A stretch of 24,019 bases of DNA from NCBI GenBank assembly GCA_043827405.1, contig JBDRPD010000056.1, positions 1-24,019 on the forward strand, given 5' to 3'. The translations under genes and the position numbers were made by a program. The notes beneath the pieces were generated by a model. It did no database searches. It saw nothing but the letters and a program-made list of their open reading frames with translations, and had not been told where the DNA came from. Position 1 is the stretch's first letter. Each line of letters starts with the position of its first letter. This document shows positions 21,501 to 24,019 of the stretch, in pieces. The DNA is from Elusimicrobiota bacterium (GTDB lineage Bacteria > Elusimicrobiota > Elusimicrobia > UBA1565).

Positions 21501-24019
21501 CCGCGCCCGTCTCCAGCAGGAGACCGAGCGGATCAGCGGCGAGTTCGCGGACAAGTTCGCCATTAATGAGGAAGCCGCGCAGAAGGAGCTGCAGGCGCGC
21601 AATACGGCATGGCTCGAGCATCAGCGGCGGGCGCTCGCCAAGGAGCGCGAGCGGCTGCAGAGCGACCACCGGACGAGCATGGAGCTTCAGGGCCGGGAGA
21701 AGGACGCCCATGAGAAGGATCTTGAGGCGAGGCGCTTGGAGCTGGAAGATCGCTACCGCGCGCTGGAGGACTCCCTGCGCCAAGAGCTGCGCGAAAAGGA
21801 GCAGCTCGTCGTCTCGGAGTTCCAAGAGAAGCTCGTTCAGGAGCGCGCCGCGCTGGACGCGCTTTACCGTCAGCGGGAGGAGTCGCTGCAGAAGAACTTC
21901 GTCCAGCTGGAGCGCGAGCTCAAGGCCAACTGGAAGCAAAAGGAAGATATTTCGCAGGAAGAGTCGGAACGGCGTCTGGCTGAGGAGCTGAAAGTATTCA
22001 ACGAGCATATGGCGCAGCAGGAGTCACGCTGGCGCGAGGATGCCCAGCTCAAGCTGCAGTCTAATATCGAAAAGAAGCGCGCCGAGCTTGAGGAAATGTA
22101 CGACCGGAAGCTGAAGGAGCTGGAAAGCGCCAAGGCGGACCTGGCGGCGCAGGCGCACAGCAAAGATGCGCAGGCGGAAAAATCCTACCTTCACCGCCTG
22201 GCCGAGCTCGAGACCGACTTCCGCAAGCGCGAGGTCGCCGCGCAGAAGGAGCGGGCGCAGGCGATGGAGCGCCTCGAGCAGCGGAAAGCCGAGCTCGAAT
22301 CCGAGCGCATTGAGATGCAGAAGGCCTTCGAGGAACGGCAGCGCGAGATGGAGCTGCTGCTGCGTGAGCGGGAAGAAGCGCTGGAGCGTGAGCGCCTGCA
22401 GCTGGAGAACGAGCTGGGCCAAAAGCGCCGCGAGTATGAGAGCGCCAAGATTCAGTTCGAGAACCAGATCAAGGAGCGCGAAGCCTCGCTGCTGAAGGAA
22501 GTCGAAAAGAAGAAAGTCGACCTTCGCAACGGCTTCGCCGAGCGCGAAAAGGAGCTTACCGCGGAGCTCGCCCGCGAGTGGAAGCGCATGGAAGTGGAGC
22601 AGCGCGGCCGAGAAGACGTGCTCGAGCAGCGGGAAGCCGAGCTGGAAGATCGTTTGCTGGAGGCCGAGAAGAAGGGCAAGGATATGGAGGCCGCTCGCGC
22701 GGCGTTGGAGCAGAGCTTCCGGGAGAAGGAGGCGCTTCTGCAGCGCGCATATGCGGCGAAGGAGGATGAGATGCGCACCGCCGCCGCGCGCCGCGAGTCG
22801 GAGGGCGCCGCGGTGCTGCAGCAGTCCAAGAAGATGCTGCAGGCGGATTTTGATCAGCGGCGCGCGCTGCTGGAAGCCGAGATCGAAAGCCGTAAAGACG
22901 AGCTGGAATCCGCCTACAAGCGCCAGGATGAGCAGCATAAGCGCGACCATGAACGCGGTGAAGCCGACTTGGTGCGCATGCGCAAAGGCCTGGCCGCGGA
23001 GAAGCAGGCGCTGGAGCAGTCCGTGCGCGACAAGGAGGAGCACCTCGAGCAGGACTACAAGATTATGACGGCGGATCTGCGCAAAGGTCTTGCCGCCCGG
23101 GATCAGGAGGCGCGCGCCGTGCTCGAGCGTGAGCGCGAGGCGCTGGCCAAACGCGAGGCGGAAGTCTCGACGCGCCTGGAGCGCGAGCACGCGGCGCTGC
23201 AGGCGGAGTTTGAGCAGAAGAAAGCCGCGCAGGATGAAGCTGCGGCGGCGCGGCGCGCGGAGCTGGAGACCGCCATCAAGCGGCAGGAAGAGCAGCTGCG
23301 CGCTGAGCGGGAGCGGGCTGAGGCGGATATCGCCCGCATGCGCAGGACGCTGGCGGAGGACAAGGAATCCGGCGAGCTGGCCTTGCAGGAGCGCGAGTCG
23401 CAGCTGGACGCCGAGTACAAGGCGCGGGAGGAGGAGCTCAGAAAGAACTTCGCCGCCCGCGAGGCCGAGGCCCGTGCGACGCTCGCGCGTGACCGCGAGG
23501 AGCTGGCCAAGCGCGAGGCCGACGTCGCGACGCGTTTGGATCGTGAACGTGCGGCTTTGGTCGCCGAGTTCGAGCAGAAGCGAGCGCTTCATGAAGAGGC
23601 TTCCGCAAACCGCCAGAGCGAGCTGGAGGCCGCCATCAAGCGGCGTCAGGAGGAGCTGCAGCATGACCATGAGCTCCTAATTGAGGAGCTGAATCACCGC
23701 TCGCGCGAGCTCGACGCCGCCAAGCTGCAGATGGAGAAAAACCTGCGGAGCCGGGAGGCCGAGCAGGACGCGCTTCACGTTAAGTTGGAGAGAGAGTATA
23801 AGAAGAAGGAAGAAGTCTTGAAGAACGCCTTGGCGGAGGAGGAGAAGGCGGCGCAGCAGGCGCTTAAGGACCGGGAGACGGAAGGCCTGGCGGCGCTCGC
23901 GCGAGAGCGTGAAGAGCTGGCGAAGCGCGAAGCCGAGCTGGCGGCCGCCCGCGAAAAGCTGGAGAAGGATTACAAGAAGAAGGAAGAAGTCTTGAAGAAC
24001 GCCTTGGCGGAGGAGGAGA
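18508..24019 (+). CDS. Giant coiled-coil protein (>1830 aa, 3'-truncated by the window); absent from the ORF track
   Basis: SD-like GGAGAAGGGG then ATG 18508 (MDKWDEEAFKEIDSLEAARLAIRGAVATIRDLQDLNARLK...); in-frame TGA at 18457 bounds the start; frame stays open to the window end; composition dominated by E/R/K/A/L/Q codons. Confidence 0.93.
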   Translation, partial: MDKWDEEAFKEIDSLEAARLAIRGAVATIRDLQDLNARLKGTAQDTLTQKKLVDNENTELKQQLDHWEGEGKRWEEERQTQKTAEKRWREKVRIEVREEERSRIDEDRQRMEAEVQRLCSQVEEWKASHRSKEDQWRQVKNLLEQREVELLTSQREKTELSNQFHKDSEMLNRLRKQRDEEIIGGIRARERDLEAKEREILELKRKNEEFQRVFAASAQENELKLQAREEELAKRFRERELEMQEKYSRREAELQAAWADLENGLWKRTKDAREKLDQAVQTQFEERARALAERSQEIERLLETRRTDLEEGFQKRASELEVRYAKLEKDLKGRWEKTEAEKLKEFEEEIEKEKAAVDEAGRQQAKILEEEYQSRLKELDRREQDSEKRAARKQSELEAELNRKIGDVEMREQESRQALEEGYQLRRVEMQEQFLEKENALREDWTRRKVDLLEEHEKAVEEERAAVKAQVEQRERTLDQAYQARVAELEKTQAAMEQQYRGWKSQVLEEFIQKEKTLAKQWHTREQELIRRYETALDQERRGVRIEEDKTKDSYDDMRERLERNFRKRTDEMRQKYERMEADLRAAYEKRDNERTGAHGAAVRELKEKHEERVAQQADNLEKEYLRREAELKLSMQKLKEGHQSELLTYEKKLGEKDLRIGELDELYASVKEEKGRVWSELQERESRYEAERLERVREQQRLDAEREDKYLQLEAELQRIWTEKEKEHRVKYQQALEEQAKRYAASIQRLEDERQEEREQYAAKLNTQQRAEQEAWLERHRRALVREREQQQEHARGHLETLNNEAALRERELAKRKEALEAYYRKREEDLAEEWRVKERRFLEEQQAVLMKERQALDEMFRSREETLHANYVSLEKQLKSDWAHKSETLADESEERIRLELKEKEDGFEQQVAQWQKEFELHKKNQLSLERESLQGEFDRKSMELARRRSELEKEMRAKEGRLDKAYLEREQALETQWKVRESELMTKVDEAQENFRARLQQETERISGEFADKFAINEEAAQKELQARNTAWLEHQRRALAKERERLQSDHRTSMELQGREKDAHEKDLEARRLELEDRYRALEDSLRQELREKEQLVVSEFQEKLVQERAALDALYRQREESLQKNFVQLERELKANWKQKEDISQEESERRLAEELKVFNEHMAQQESRWREDAQLKLQSNIEKKRAELEEMYDRKLKELESAKADLAAQAHSKDAQAEKSYLHRLAELETDFRKREVAAQKERAQAMERLEQRKAELESERIEMQKAFEERQREMELLLREREEALERERLQLENELGQKRREYESAKIQFENQIKEREASLLKEVEKKKVDLRNGFAEREKELTAELAREWKRMEVEQRGREDVLEQREAELEDRLLEAEKKGKDMEAARAALEQSFREKEALLQRAYAAKEDEMRTAAARRESEGAAVLQQSKKMLQADFDQRRALLEAEIESRKDELESAYKRQDEQHKRDHERGEADLVRMRKGLAAEKQALEQSVRDKEEHLEQDYKIMTADLRKGLAARDQEARAVLEREREALAKREAEVSTRLEREHAALQAEFEQKKAAQDEAAAARRAELETAIKRQEEQLRAERERAEADIARMRRTLAEDKESGELALQERESQLDAEYKAREEELRKNFAAREAEARATLARDREELAKREADVATRLDRERAALVAEFEQKRALHEEASANRQSELEAAIKRRQEELQHDHELLIEELNHRSRELDAAKLQMEKNLRSREAEQDALHVKLEREYKKKEEVLKNALAEEEKAAQQALKDRETEGLAALAREREELAKREAELAAAREKLEKDYKKKEEVLKNALAEEE
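23800..24019 (+). repeat. 174-bp (58-aa) period coding repeat within the coiled-coil gene
   Basis: 46 nt at 23800-23845 are identical to 23974-24019 (KKKEEVLKNALAEEE). Confidence 0.9.

Noticed and set aside
18414..23680. Many Leu-rich minus-strand and Arg/Ser-rich plus-strand ORFs in the track
   Set aside because: Shadows of the single coiled-coil frame starting at 18508 (GAG/CAG/AAG codons read as Leu in antisense).

Overview
GC-rich, densely packed bacterial chromosomal segment. I found no rRNA, tRNA, CRISPR array or mobile element. Recognisable genes are mostly cell-envelope related: an Lgt-family protein, a GT4 glycosyltransferase coupled to an AsnB-family amidotransferase, a type II HAD hydrolase, a secreted Amidase_2/PGRP-like amidase, a membrane PHP phosphoesterase and an orphan PAS histidine kinase. 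They are interspersed with uncharacterised exported or membrane proteins. Two giant genes dominate. One is a ~1780-aa exported protein with a 63-bp lysine-rich tandem repeat and a C-terminal membrane anchor (14880->9538). The other is a >1830-aa coiled-coil protein (18508 to beyond the window end) that the ORF track missed because it has no stop in the window. The strongest non-coding signals are: (i) most transcription units have a TANNNT-type -10 box 6-7 nt before the start codon with no Shine-Dalgarno, suggesting pervasive leaderless mRNAs; (ii) a palindrome TRGGYC-N4-GRCCYA lies 57/58 nt upstream of two uncharacterised exported-protein genes; (iii) a terminator-like leader abuts the HAD start; (iv) a structured, multi-promoter region precedes the coiled-coil gene. 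The protein style suggests Elusimicrobiota to me, but that is an unverified impression. Several start codons were corrected relative to the ORF track.
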